Shown here one piece after another: positions 17,383 to 27,148 of a stretch of DNA of 64,000 nucleotides. The notes beneath the pieces were generated by a model, which did no database searches, was not told the origin of the DNA, and worked only from the letters and a program-made list of their open reading frames with translations. Both the position numbers and the translations under genes were made by a program. Location: contig JAJZNA010000014.1 of assembly GCA_021848065.1 (NCBI GenBank), forward strand, positions 30,803 through 94,802. Direction: 5' to 3'. This DNA is from Candidatus Micrarchaeota archaeon (GTDB lineage Archaea > Micrarchaeota > Micrarchaeia > Micrarchaeales > CABMGC01). How positions within the stretch are numbered: the stretch's first letter is position 1; each line of letters opens with the position of its first letter.

Positions 17383-20248
17383 TTTTTTAAGCCACCTAGT
17401 GGATGGCTTGGCTCTAATAGCGACGAAGGGCGTGGCAAGCTGCGATAAGCCCAAGGTAGGCGCATGTCAGCCTTTGAACTTGGGATACCCGAAATGTGCA
17501 CTATGAATAGTGGTGCGAGCGTACGCGTGGAATTGAAATATCTTAGTACACGCAGGAAAAGAAAGAGTATTCGATTCCGTTAGTAAAACGATTGAAACCG
17601 GAAGAGGGCGAACCGAATTGTTCATTGCAAAATGAACTAGATGTGGTGCAACTTTTAGTCTTGCGATGCCTGCCGAACGTTCTGGAAAGAACGGCCAAAG
17701 AGAGTGACAGCCTCGTAGGTTAAGCAGAGTGAGATGTGTTGTTTGAGAGTAATCCGGCTTTGGTATGCCGTATGAATACGGGGCATTAAACCCCAACCCT
17801 AAATATTGATTAGAGACCGATAGCGAACAAGTAGCGCGAGCGAAAGCTGAAAAGAACCCACACGTGTGGGGTTGAAATAGATCTGAAACTAGGTGGTTAC
17901 GAGAAGGTAAGGTGTGGAAGGAATGATTGTCCCAGAAGGAATGCTCGAAAGTGCAGGACGATGGGAAGGGACTAATATCTTATCATTCTTCTCGAAGCAA
18001 GAGCCAGGGAGTGCATTGTAGTGGCGAGCTTAATAGCGAAGTGAAAGCGAGAGCGCGCAAGCAATGAGGCGCTGGGCATGAAATATGCCTTAAGTCACTG
18101 CAATTCGACCCGAAGCCGTTGTGATCTACTCGCGGCCAGGACGAAGTCGAGCTTACGCTTGATGGAGGTCCGCAACCTGTCATGGCATGTCCTGTTGGGT
18201 GAGCTGCGGGTAGGGGCGATAGACCACTCGAACACGGCAATAGCGGGTCCCCTCCGAAGTATCTTTAGGATAGCCTTGGGCGAGCTCGAACACGAGGTAG
18301 AGCGACCGATTAGAAAGTATTGCTGCGAAAGCGGCAGCTTTCCCGTCAAACTCCGAATGCGTGTTCTGCGTAGACCCCGAGAGTCGGCGACGTTGGGTAA
18401 GCTAGCGTCACGATGCTGTAAAGACAGTATCCGAGGTTAAGGTCCCCAAATCCTAGTTAAGTGTATCAAAGGGCGGTTTTGTCTTAGACATTCGGGAGGT
18501 AGGCTCAGAAGCAGCCACCCTTTAAAAAACGCGTCATAGCGTACCGATTGAGATAATTCTCCCCGAAGATGGACGGGGCTAAACTAGGTACCGAAACCCC
18601 GGCACTAGAAGATAGTGGGTAGGAGGGCGTGCTGCATGGCTAGAAGTGCATCCTTGCGGATGTGTGGACCGTGCAGCAGTGAAAATCCTGGTATTAGTAA
18701 TAGCATATATGGGTGAGAATCCCATACGCCGGAAGCACAAGGTTTTCCTTGTAATGATTGTCAGCTGGGAGTTAGTCGATCCTAAGCACAGAGCTAATCA
18801 CTCCTGTGCAAAAGGGAAGTCTGTTAATATTCAGACACTTATCGCGTAGGCGTGGCAACACAAGGCGGATTTCTGACGCTTGAGGATAGGTCTGCAAGAA
18901 GATACAAATGGCTGTGGAGTCTCGTTATGAGGGGAAGCAGCTAAATGATTCAATAATGACCAAATTCTTGAGCCCGTGAAAAGGGAATCCGCAACGATCG
19001 TGATAATTCGTACCTAGAACCAGTACAGGTGCTGCTGGCTGAAAAGGCCAAGGCGTGTCAGGAGAACCCGGGTTAGGGAAATCGGCAAAATAGTGGCGTA
19101 TCTTTTGTAAAAGCCATGTCTGCGCTTGGTAAGCGCAGATTTCAATAACAAGGGAACAACGACTGTTTATCAAAAACACAACTCACCGCACAGTCGAAAG
19201 GCTGAGTACAGTGGGTGACGCCTGCTCACCGCTAGTACGCGAAACCCCATTTCAATGGGACAAAGCGCTAGCAAAGAGCGGGAGTAACTCTGACTCTCTT
19301 TAGGTAGCGTAATACCTCGTCACTTAATAGGTGACTTGCATGAAGGGCGTAACGATTGTTCCACTGTCCCAACTCGGGACCTGGTGAACTTACTACGTGG
19401 TGTACATGCCACGTTCTTTCAGTGGGTAGCGAAGTCTCTATGAAACTTGACTATAGCCTGTTGCTGTTGTGTGACAAGTACTGCACAGCGTAAGTGGGAG
19501 CGTCGAAGCGGCGTTTTCGGATGCCGTGGAGCGATAATGTAACACCACTCTGTACCTGTTACGCGACTTACAAGATGATTGGACAACAGCAGGTGGATAG
19601 TTGGACTGGGCGGTTGCTTTCGATAAGGAAACGAAAGTGATCAATGCTCTGCTTAGGAGGGTTGGGAACCCTCTGTGAAGCATAAAGGCAAATGCAGGGC
19701 TGACTGTATATCGAAAAGCGTGATATGCAGACTGGAAACAGTGACTTAACGAACGTTGGATGCCTTTTTAATGGGGCACCAAGCTGTCAGACAAGTTACT
19801 CTAGAGGTAACCGGTTCGTGGCTGGTGAGAGTTCACATCGACCCAGCCGTTTGATACACCGATATGGGCTTAGGTTATCCTGGAGGTGCAGGAGCCTCCA
19901 AGGGTTGGACTGCTCGTCCATTAAAAACCTACATGAGCTGAGTTCAGTACGTCGCGAGACAGTACGGTAGCAACTACTGAAAGTGTTAGTGTCAGAGGAT
20001 AAGAACTTTTTAATACGAGAGGAACGAAAGTTCGGCGCCTCTAGTGGACCGGTTGTCGTAATGGCACTGCCGGGTAGCCACGCGCTAAGCGGATAAGCCC
20101 TGAAAGCATCTAAGGACGAAGCCGTATCCGAAACGAGACACTTAGGGTGGGCATAGTACATGCCTTTGATAGGGCGGGAGTGTAAGCAGGGAGCTTCGGC
20201 GACCTGCGAGCTCACCGCAACTAAATCCTAATAAACTATTAAGAAAAG
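17383..20248 (+). rRNA. rrl: 23S ribosomal RNA (ends approximate, +/- 20 nt)
   Basis: Conserved 23S blocks read directly. These include a 5' ...GTGGATGGCTTGGC...GCGATAAGCC start, a GACCGATAGCGAACAAGTAGCGCGAGCGAAAGCTGAAAAGAACC...GAAATAGATCTGAAAC block, and a 3' GATAGGGCGGGAGTGTAAGC...GAGCTCACCGCAACTAAAT end. Helix 1 pairs 17383-17390 with 20239-20246. Confidence 0.9.
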
Positions 20249-20295
20249 TCTTGAGTGGGGATTAGTAACCTCCACCCGAGAAAACTCTTATTAGG

Positions 20296-20312
20296 TTCAA
20301 GCTTGCTTCTCC
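20296..20312 (+). other. 3' strand of the 23S rRNA processing stem
   Basis: Perfect 17-nt complement of 17364-17380. Confidence 0.8.
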
Positions 20313-20354
20313 ATTTCTTTCTGTTTTTCAATGCGCAAACATCTGAATGCTGCG

Positions 20355-20364
20355 TATTTATATA
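20355..20364 (+). promoter_or_regulatory. candidate TATA box
   Basis: tatttatata is centred about 27 nt upstream of the ATG at 20387, a spacing expected for a leaderless archaeal mRNA. Confidence 0.35.
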
Positions 20365-20386
20365 CTTGGAAAGCCACAGAACTTGC

Positions 20387-21016
20387 ATGATAGACTATTT
20401 ATTCCTCATAAGGCATGGGGAGGCCGTATCAAACGCAAGCCGGCTGGTCGGTGGGCGGGATGATTACGATCTTACTCCTACAGGCAGGTTCCAGGCGCAG
20501 ACTGCTGCAGGCATGCTTGGGCACATAAGCTTTTCTGCAGTATACAGCAGCCCTGTGAAAAGGGCCATGGAAACTGCGAAGATTGTGTGCAAGGGCACGA
20601 GAATAAATGTGGAGCAAGGCTTTAGCGAAGTCGACCCTGGCGACAGTGCAGGCAAACCTGTTTCATGCCTCAAGAACAAGTGGCTTTGCACGCATCCTGA
20701 ATTCAAAGAAACCTTTGAGCAGATACAATCACGCTGCATGCCAGTCCTAAAAAACATTGTGTCCAGGGATGCTGGCAATGTTATCATATTCTCTCATGCC
20801 GACATAATTATGGCGATGATCTATGGGCTACTGGGGATAAAGACAAACAGGAGAAGCCAGTTCATAATGTATCCATACAATACTGCCACGAACGTCATAT
20901 CCTTCACCTCTTCAAAGCCAAAGCTTGTCCTGTTCAATTACATGTCACAAAAAGCCCTGGGCGACGTGGACACCATAGAATCCCTTCTAGGGCTGTTGAA
21001 AAGGAGGGGCGCGTAG
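20387..21016 (+). CDS. histidine phosphatase (phosphoglycerate mutase/CobC-like) family protein
   Basis: The track ORF starts at 20255, inside the rRNA flank. The ATG at 20387 gives MIDYLFLIRHGEAVSN with the catalytic RHGE motif, and a later SHADII segment supplies the second His. Confidence 0.7.
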   Translation: MIDYLFLIRHGEAVSNASRLVGGRDDYDLTPTGRFQAQTAAGMLGHISFSAVYSSPVKRAMETAKIVCKGTRINVEQGFSEVDPGDSAGKPVSCLKNKWLCTHPEFKETFEQIQSRCMPVLKNIVSRDAGNVIIFSHADIIMAMIYGLLGIKTNRRSQFIMYPYNTATNVISFTSSKPKLVLFNYMSQKALGDVDTIESLLGLLKRRGA

Positions 21017-21116
21017 CCTACATGCATGAAATGCTTGCACGCTCCTGCAATGGCCATATGCATAAGGCCGAATCAAAACTAACATAAACCTTAAATCCCA
21101 TAAAGAATCGGATAGC

Positions 21117-21485
21117 ATGACAGACAGCAAGACAACAATAGATGACCTCAAGGAGGCGTCAAGGAAGTTCGCAGACGAGCGTGACTGGGACCAGTTCCAT
21201 AACGCCAAGGACCTCGCCATAGGCATAATAACCGAGGCCTCCGAGCTTCTGGAGCATTTTCGCTTCAAGTCCCCTGAAGAATCTGACGCCCTATTCAAGG
21301 ATCCAAAGAAACGCGAACAGATATGCGACGAGCTTAGCGATGTAACATATTTCGTCATGAGGTTCGCGCAGAGATACGGGATAGACCTTTCGGACGAGTA
21401 CCTGAGAAAGTCAGGCCAGTCAGCAAAGAAATACCCTATAGAAAAAGTAAAGGGACAGAACAAGAAATACACTGAATACGATTGA
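21117..21485 (+). CDS. MazG-like nucleotide pyrophosphohydrolase
   Basis: 122 aa. RDWDQFHNAKDLAIGIITEASELLEHF and CDELSDVTYF (EExxE/D-type metal helices) match the all-alpha NTP-PPase fold. Confidence 0.75.
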   Translation: MTDSKTTIDDLKEASRKFADERDWDQFHNAKDLAIGIITEASELLEHFRFKSPEESDALFKDPKKREQICDELSDVTYFVMRFAQRYGIDLSDEYLRKSGQSAKKYPIEKVKGQNKKYTEYD

Positions 21486-21550
21486 CCTATTTACTCCCAT
21501 CGCAGCTTCCAATTTCAATATTTTTATACGCTGCCTTAGAAAACCCAATC

Positions 21551-22660
21551 ATGCACTCATCAACCGTGCTCCCTTTGCATCCGGGCCGCGCACCAAAGTG
21601 GCTTTTCGGCAGGATGGTCAGGCTAAGCGCCGCAATATCAGAAGTTATAATCGATGAGTTCGGCCCTGACGAGATGCTCAGGAGGCTGTGCGACAAGGAC
21701 TGGTTCCAGGCCCTATCCTGCGCTATCGGGTACGACTGGCACAGCAGCGGCACCACTACTGTAACAATGGGCGCACTCAAGGAAGGGCTCAGTGGCAATA
21801 CTGACATATTTATAGCCGGTGGCAAGGGCAAGGCGGGGCTAAAGACCCCTGATGACATAACTTCCGGGACAGATAGGCTTTCAATATCATCAAGCGCAGA
21901 CGAGTTCAAGGACCTGAGCAGGCTTGCAGCGAAGGTGGACTCAAATCTTGTTTATGACCGTATAGGCATCTACCAGCACTCGTTCATATTTACAAAGAAC
22001 AGGAAATGGGGCGTTGTCCAGCAGGCGATGGAACCTGAGAGCAAGATGGCCATAAGGTTCCAATGGTTCAGTTCAAATGTCGACATGTCCGATCTTACTA
22101 CAGAGCCGCACACAAATATCCTTTCCGAAATGCACAGGAGCACCATGGACCTCACATACGCGGAGAACCTGTGGGCCAAGTCGTCAAGCATTGACCTAGT
22201 GAAGGATCCTAGGTCAATTTCCGAAGCTCTTAAGGATCTGGACAGCCGCCAAACCACCTTGGCCGGAAGCCGCAGCCTCTCCAGCGTTTCCTCTTCCTAT
22301 CCCTCCAGGCACTGGATATCTTCCAGTGATATAAGCAAGCAGGGATGGGAGGCGATACGCCGCGCAGGCGAGCTTGAGCCGGATAGCTTCTCAGACCTTC
22401 TGCTGGTAAAGGGCATGGGCAGGTCTACCGTCAGATCATTGGCATTCGTATCCAGCCTAATATACGGGAGAGACCTTGCATACCGCGATCCTGTGGCATA
22501 TTCATACAACGTGGGTGGGAAGGATGGCATACCCTTCCCAGTGGACCCAAAGGCCTATGACGACGTGATAGATGAGATGAGGCACATAATAGACGGTGCA
22601 CATATGGGCAATGATGAAAAGTATAAGGCGCTCAAGCGTCTTGCCACTGTCATGAACTGA
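21551..22660 (+). CDS. DUF763 family protein
   Basis: The ATG at 21551 gives MHSSTVLPLHPGRAPKWLFGRMVRLS..., matching my memory of the conserved DUF763 N-terminus. The track ORF starts upstream at 21482. Confidence 0.55.
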   Translation: MHSSTVLPLHPGRAPKWLFGRMVRLSAAISEVIIDEFGPDEMLRRLCDKDWFQALSCAIGYDWHSSGTTTVTMGALKEGLSGNTDIFIAGGKGKAGLKTPDDITSGTDRLSISSSADEFKDLSRLAAKVDSNLVYDRIGIYQHSFIFTKNRKWGVVQQAMEPESKMAIRFQWFSSNVDMSDLTTEPHTNILSEMHRSTMDLTYAENLWAKSSSIDLVKDPRSISEALKDLDSRQTTLAGSRSLSSVSSSYPSRHWISSSDISKQGWEAIRRAGELEPDSFSDLLLVKGMGRSTVRSLAFVSSLIYGRDLAYRDPVAYSYNVGGKDGIPFPVDPKAYDDVIDEMRHIIDGAHMGNDEKYKALKRLATVMN

Positions 22661-22748
22661 CATTTATTTATGTTTGGTATATAATTGTGTTAAAGCGGAG
22701 TCGTTCCAAATCCAATGGATTTGCCGAAGTCCGCAAAGAGGCCTGTCA

Positions 22749-23252
22749 ATGGTATATGGTAACAATGTATCCGCATTCGGCAGCATACCTCCAGGCAGAA
22801 GGCGACTATACCTCTATCTTGGCATGCTGCTGCTTGCCTCTGCCATAGTGTGCGGCATAATCATATTCGGCCTTGGTGCACGTAACGTCCAAAGTGTGCA
22901 GCAACAGACATCCTCCCTGATACCTACTACCACCGCAACGTCCACCTTGGGCGGCCACGGCGCATTAAACCTGACAGTGCTCTACAATGGTGAGCCTGCT
23001 CCTGGTGCCAGCATAACATTATCTCCGGGTAATTACACCTTCTTGACGGGCAGGGACGGGAAATTCAGCGGTGCGTATGTACTTACTCCTGGTACCTACT
23101 CCCTTACTGCATCTTTCAACGGGCAAAGCGCTTCCGCAAGCGTTACCATATCCGACTATAAGACTACTGAAGCTACGGTAGGAATATCAGGCCCGCAGGT
23201 TTCAACGTCTTCAGTGCCTACTACAATAACCACTACCAAGGCACCAAGTTAG
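22749..23252 (+). CDS. membrane-anchored protein with Ig-like/CarboxypepD_reg-like domain
   Basis: The ATG at 22749 gives MVYGNNVS... One TM helix (LYLYLGMLLLASAIVCGIIIFGLG), a Thr-rich linker, then LNLTVLYNGEPAPGASITLSPGNYTFLTGRDGKF...TPGTYSLTASFNG. Confidence 0.45.
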   Translation: MVYGNNVSAFGSIPPGRRRLYLYLGMLLLASAIVCGIIIFGLGARNVQSVQQQTSSLIPTTTATSTLGGHGALNLTVLYNGEPAPGASITLSPGNYTFLTGRDGKFSGAYVLTPGTYSLTASFNGQSASASVTISDYKTTEATVGISGPQVSTSSVPTTITTTKAPS

Positions 23253-23426
23253 GAACAGCTCTTCTTGAAGGTTTAATATTGTGGCCCGCAAGGAACTGCG
23301 CACAATCTTATGCGCCGGGAAGGATGCTAACTTTCTTTTTGGCCACAAATTTCCTTCCAATTATACCTTATGGATGGGCTGGTATATACGCCTTTCGCAA
23401 GAGTTGGACTAATGTCAATGGGAATC

Positions 23427-23436
23427 TTTAAAAATA
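23427..23436 (+). promoter_or_regulatory. candidate TATA box
   Basis: tttaaaaata is centred about 25 nt upstream of the ATG at 23457. Confidence 0.35.
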
Positions 23437-23456
23437 CATAAACGCCTATTAAGGTC

Positions 23457-25013
23457 ATGGGAAGTTCAGGGATGTTGTGCTCTCGCACTCTGCCTATAAT
23501 GATCATGATAATTGCAACTGTTATGCTGGCCGACCAGTATTATGCTTACGGCACGCAGACCACTTCGGTATCTGCATATCTGAACAATACGCTTCTCCAT
23601 GGCCAGGCGCTGCCAAGCCTGCAGGCACCTTCAAGCATAGAGTGGCGCATAAACACCACTTTCTACGGCTCTGGCAACGTGGTATATGCAAACCTGGGAT
23701 GGTACATGATAAACTATTCCGATTACAATGGCATATCAACAACAGCCACAAATGACATAAACGTCACATGGCATGCCGGCCCCGTAGCTGCCACATTTCC
23801 TATAAATTCAAGCGTATATGGCACTGTCAACATGATCTCGTCCAACATACTCCTGGGCTCAGTCTCGCAATCTGGAATATTCTCTTCAGCAACTGCTGCT
23901 CCGGCATGTTCCACCAACAACCTCTATTCTGAATGGGATTTCTACGTAACCGTGCAGAAAAACTCCTTTACATCATCGCAGAACGTGGTGGTTGGGAGGG
24001 TATGCTTCTATCAGGAGACCGTAGGGTATGCGCACCTGCTCTATGCACAAGCCTATGATCTTGGCTCCTCCTCGATGCTGGTAAAGTCTGGCGGAGTGAT
24101 CGAACCTCTCTTGTATGCGCCGGGCTCAGAAAATGCATCATCACCCGACGGCATGGTATCTGCGCACTTTAGCAGTTCTTCCGTCAGCCCTTCCGTGCAG
24201 CTGCAGGACATGGGCTCCTATATGGCATTCAACAGCCCTTTAAACGGCTCATGGTATGTGCATAGCAATTCTACGTATGACGCTTGGTATAGCCAGTTCT
24301 ATTCGTTCACGGCGGGCCGCATACCTGCAACAACCCTGTTTTACAGCCCTACCAACGTTGGCCTTGTATCACCCGACTGTTCCACCGTGTCAACATCAAA
24401 TCTCACCAATAAGTCCGTTGAGGAAGCAGTGCAGTGCATGAACCAGACTGCCTCAGTATACTACTCTCGCGCAAATTCCTATGCAATACAGCTTACGTCA
24501 ACGAGCCGCAGCATATCCGGATATCCTACTCAGGGCACCCTCTACCTAGGAAAGCCTGCAATAGCTGTCATGCTGCCCGGGTCATTCACACAAAGCGCCA
24601 ATGCCACTTTATTCCTTAACGGCGCATTTACCGGAGTCACAGTACACTCGGCTGTTCCTGCAATAATCTCAATATCCTCAACACAGTTGAACTTTTTCGG
24701 TGTAGGCTCCATAATCGCGCAGGTGCTAAACACCGGCAGCGGCCCGGGGCTTTTCAGTGCATCTATATCAGACTGCCCTGGCATATCTGCGCCATCCGGC
24801 CTGAGCTACCAGCTTGGCCAAGGGGCAGGGGAGAAGATAACAATCGGGATAATGGCATCAGGATACAACGGCATAATAGACCAGACCTGCACCGTAACTT
24901 TCACAGACCTCAAAAGCGGTGAGAGCTCCAGCACCCAAGTGAATGTTTCATCAGGAATCGCCGAGCGCATCTACTATACCCTAGCTGGCCTTTTCAGCTC
25001 CCTGTTCCATTGA
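23457..25013 (+). CDS. secreted/surface glycoprotein-like protein, unknown family
   Basis: 518 aa. N-terminal signal/anchor (LPIMIMIIATVMLA), many N-x-S/T sequons, Ser/Thr-rich, and a short hydrophobic C-terminus (IYYTLAGLFSSLF). Confidence 0.5.
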   Translation: MGSSGMLCSRTLPIMIMIIATVMLADQYYAYGTQTTSVSAYLNNTLLHGQALPSLQAPSSIEWRINTTFYGSGNVVYANLGWYMINYSDYNGISTTATNDINVTWHAGPVAATFPINSSVYGTVNMISSNILLGSVSQSGIFSSATAAPACSTNNLYSEWDFYVTVQKNSFTSSQNVVVGRVCFYQETVGYAHLLYAQAYDLGSSSMLVKSGGVIEPLLYAPGSENASSPDGMVSAHFSSSSVSPSVQLQDMGSYMAFNSPLNGSWYVHSNSTYDAWYSQFYSFTAGRIPATTLFYSPTNVGLVSPDCSTVSTSNLTNKSVEEAVQCMNQTASVYYSRANSYAIQLTSTSRSISGYPTQGTLYLGKPAIAVMLPGSFTQSANATLFLNGAFTGVTVHSAVPAIISISSTQLNFFGVGSIIAQVLNTGSGPGLFSASISDCPGISAPSGLSYQLGQGAGEKITIGIMASGYNGIIDQTCTVTFTDLKSGESSSTQVNVSSGIAERIYYTLAGLFSSLFH

Positions 25014-25025
25014 CCGGCGTACGCC

Positions 25026-25505
25026 ATGAACAAATACCTTCTGGCCGCTTTAGCCATAATCATAATTGCATCAGTTGCAGCATTACTTATCCTAGCCCAA
25101 AATACGGCACTTCATAATTCGGGAAACATATCTGGCTTCACGTTCGCAAACACGAGCTACAAGTTCACTTACGTTGCAACAACCCCGCAGGAATGGCAGA
25201 AGGGGCTTATGAATTACAGCGTCACCAACACCACATTCGAGCTCTTCGTCTTCCCTAAAGTGTCAATATATCCGTTCTGGATGTACGACACATACTATCC
25301 ACTCGACATAATATGGATAAATGGCTCAAGGGTGACATATGTTGCTCACGCCATCCCATGTTCCTGGTACAGCCCCGGCCAGACTGATTGCATGGTCTAC
25401 AACAACTATACCTCTGCGCACTATGCCAATTATGTAATAGAGGCCCGCGGCGGCTTTGCAAACAGCACAGGCCTGCGCACCGGCTCCATAGTCAGCATAA
25501 GCTAG
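25026..25505 (+). CDS. DUF192 family protein with N-terminal anchor
   Basis: 159 aa. TM helix, then a PLDIIWINGSRVTYV-type segment reminiscent of DUF192/COG1430. Confidence 0.5.
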   Translation: MNKYLLAALAIIIIASVAALLILAQNTALHNSGNISGFTFANTSYKFTYVATTPQEWQKGLMNYSVTNTTFELFVFPKVSIYPFWMYDTYYPLDIIWINGSRVTYVAHAIPCSWYSPGQTDCMVYNNYTSAHYANYVIEARGGFANSTGLRTGSIVSIS

Positions 25506-27120
25506 CCTTCACGGCATCCGCAACATTTTCCACATTGGAGAATGCCATGACGTCATTTCCGAAGAGCCTTGCATACTCCTGGTAATGTGCGTCATTTACC
25601 ACAATCACCGTCCTGCAGTAATACTTCCTTCTGGAAGCGATCATACCTTCGGTGTCCTTAATGGATTTAAGGCCGGTCTCGTATTCGACTGCAATGGACT
25701 TGCCATCCAGCTGCGCCACGATATCCGGGCCGAACGAACTGTTGTACACCTTGTTTTGCAGCCCCATTTCCGAAAGTCGTCTTGATATGAGGTTGACACG
25801 AATGTCATGCTCTGCACTATTCCTGGGCCTGGAGATGTACCACCTCCCTGCATACCTCCCGCCTTCTATGTTATGCTCCAACAGCTGCCCAGAGCCCACC
25901 AACCTCCCTATCGCGCACTCAATTTCCTCGGCGCTGCACGCCCCAGGCATCCCTGCCGCCAGTTCACCCTTTTCAGCGCCTCTCTCAGCCTGCCTAACTA
26001 TGCTGTGCCTAATGCTAAAATCCCTGCCACAATGCCTGTCAAACTTTACTACATACACTCTACCGTGGTGGTCCGTTACCATTGCCTCTCCAATTCTGAG
26101 GCTCCGTATGCCCTTCCTGACTTCTGAAAAGCGGCCTAACTCCGTTCCCCCTGCCATGAAGTTGGATATGTAGTTAAGCTCCTCAGGCTCCCTATGGTAA
26201 AACGAGATGAAGACCGAGGAGTTGCTCCTAAGGTCCTTGTCAAGGGCCTTAGACCTCTGTGACGTCGCTATTATCCCTATGCCATATTTGCGCCCTTCAG
26301 CGGCAAGCTTACCAAGTATTGGATTATCCCCTATCCTTTCAGCCTCGTCTATTACTATGTACAGCCTATGCCTGCCTCCCTTTTCCAGCGTGAGCATATG
26401 GCTGTATACCTTCCGCAGGAAGCCTTCCAGGTACACTGCCTGCGCCTCTGCAGTGTGGAGCCTTGAAAGAAGGAATAGGGAATTGCCATTTACTATCCTT
26501 CCCATATCCGTGGCCCTCGAGAATGACCCTGTATCTATGACTGCCATGCGCCTTTCAAGCGATTCTAGTACCCTCTTCTCTGCCACTCCCGCATTCTTAC
26601 CAAACGACCTGAGCGTGAACATCAGGTTGTGGACTGTAGGTACGCTCCCTTGCCTCCCCACGTACGAGTAGGTGCTCATTATGCACCTATACAGCGTATA
26701 GCTCTGTACGTCCCCAAGCCTAAATGCCCTCCTGAACATACCCGTAAGCTCGCTGGCCTTTTCCTTCTCACTCATGCCGTCTGGTTCGAAAATGTTTATT
26801 CCGCTAGAGGCAGCATCGTATATGTCTGCGGAGATAGCATCTGCCACGCCCAGATATTCGTCGTGCGGGTCCAATATTGCCACGTTTGCACCGGAGCGCC
26901 ATAGCCTCTCAACCATGACTTTTGCCGCATTGGATTTTCCGCCGCCACTCTCCCCCACTAGCACCATGTGCGGATTCAATCCCGAGCAGATCCCGGTACC
27001 AAAATCCGAGAAATGAACCTTCTTCCACGCCCATCCGGGACTTCCAAAACAAAGTGTCCTAAAACAAAGCCTTCGGGCGACCTTTCCGAATCTAACCCCT
27101 CTGTTTCTAGCAAAAAACAT
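25492..27120 (-). CDS. HerA/DUF87-type P-loop ATPase fused to a C-terminal PD-(D/E)xK nuclease-like domain
   Basis: 542 aa. Walker A VGESGGGKS, Walker B LYIVIDEAERI, and IIATSQRSKALD. The C-terminal 110 aa carry E...GPDIVAQ...IAVEYETGLK, an Hjc/restriction-endonuclease-like D...ExE/K core. Confidence 0.6.
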   Translation of the reverse strand: MFFARNRGVRFGKVARRLCFRTLCFGSPGWAWKKVHFSDFGTGICSGLNPHMVLVGESGGGKSNAAKVMVERLWRSGANVAILDPHDEYLGVADAISADIYDAASSGINIFEPDGMSEKEKASELTGMFRRAFRLGDVQSYTLYRCIMSTYSYVGRQGSVPTVHNLMFTLRSFGKNAGVAEKRVLESLERRMAVIDTGSFSRATDMGRIVNGNSLFLLSRLHTAEAQAVYLEGFLRKVYSHMLTLEKGGRHRLYIVIDEAERIGDNPILGKLAAEGRKYGIGIIATSQRSKALDKDLRSNSSVFISFYHREPEELNYISNFMAGGTELGRFSEVRKGIRSLRIGEAMVTDHHGRVYVVKFDRHCGRDFSIRHSIVRQAERGAEKGELAAGMPGACSAEEIECAIGRLVGSGQLLEHNIEGGRYAGRWYISRPRNSAEHDIRVNLISRRLSEMGLQNKVYNSSFGPDIVAQLDGKSIAVEYETGLKSIKDTEGMIASRRKYYCRTVIVVNDAHYQEYARLFGNDVMAFSNVENVADAVKASLC

Positions 27121-27148
27121 ACAATCACCAAATTGAGCCGCTGTGGGC

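Noticed and set aside
17292-20215. About ten ORF-track entries (60-139 aa, both strands) between 17292 and 20215
   Set aside because: They lie entirely inside the 23S rRNA gene or its flanking processing stem, so they are non-coding reading-frame noise.
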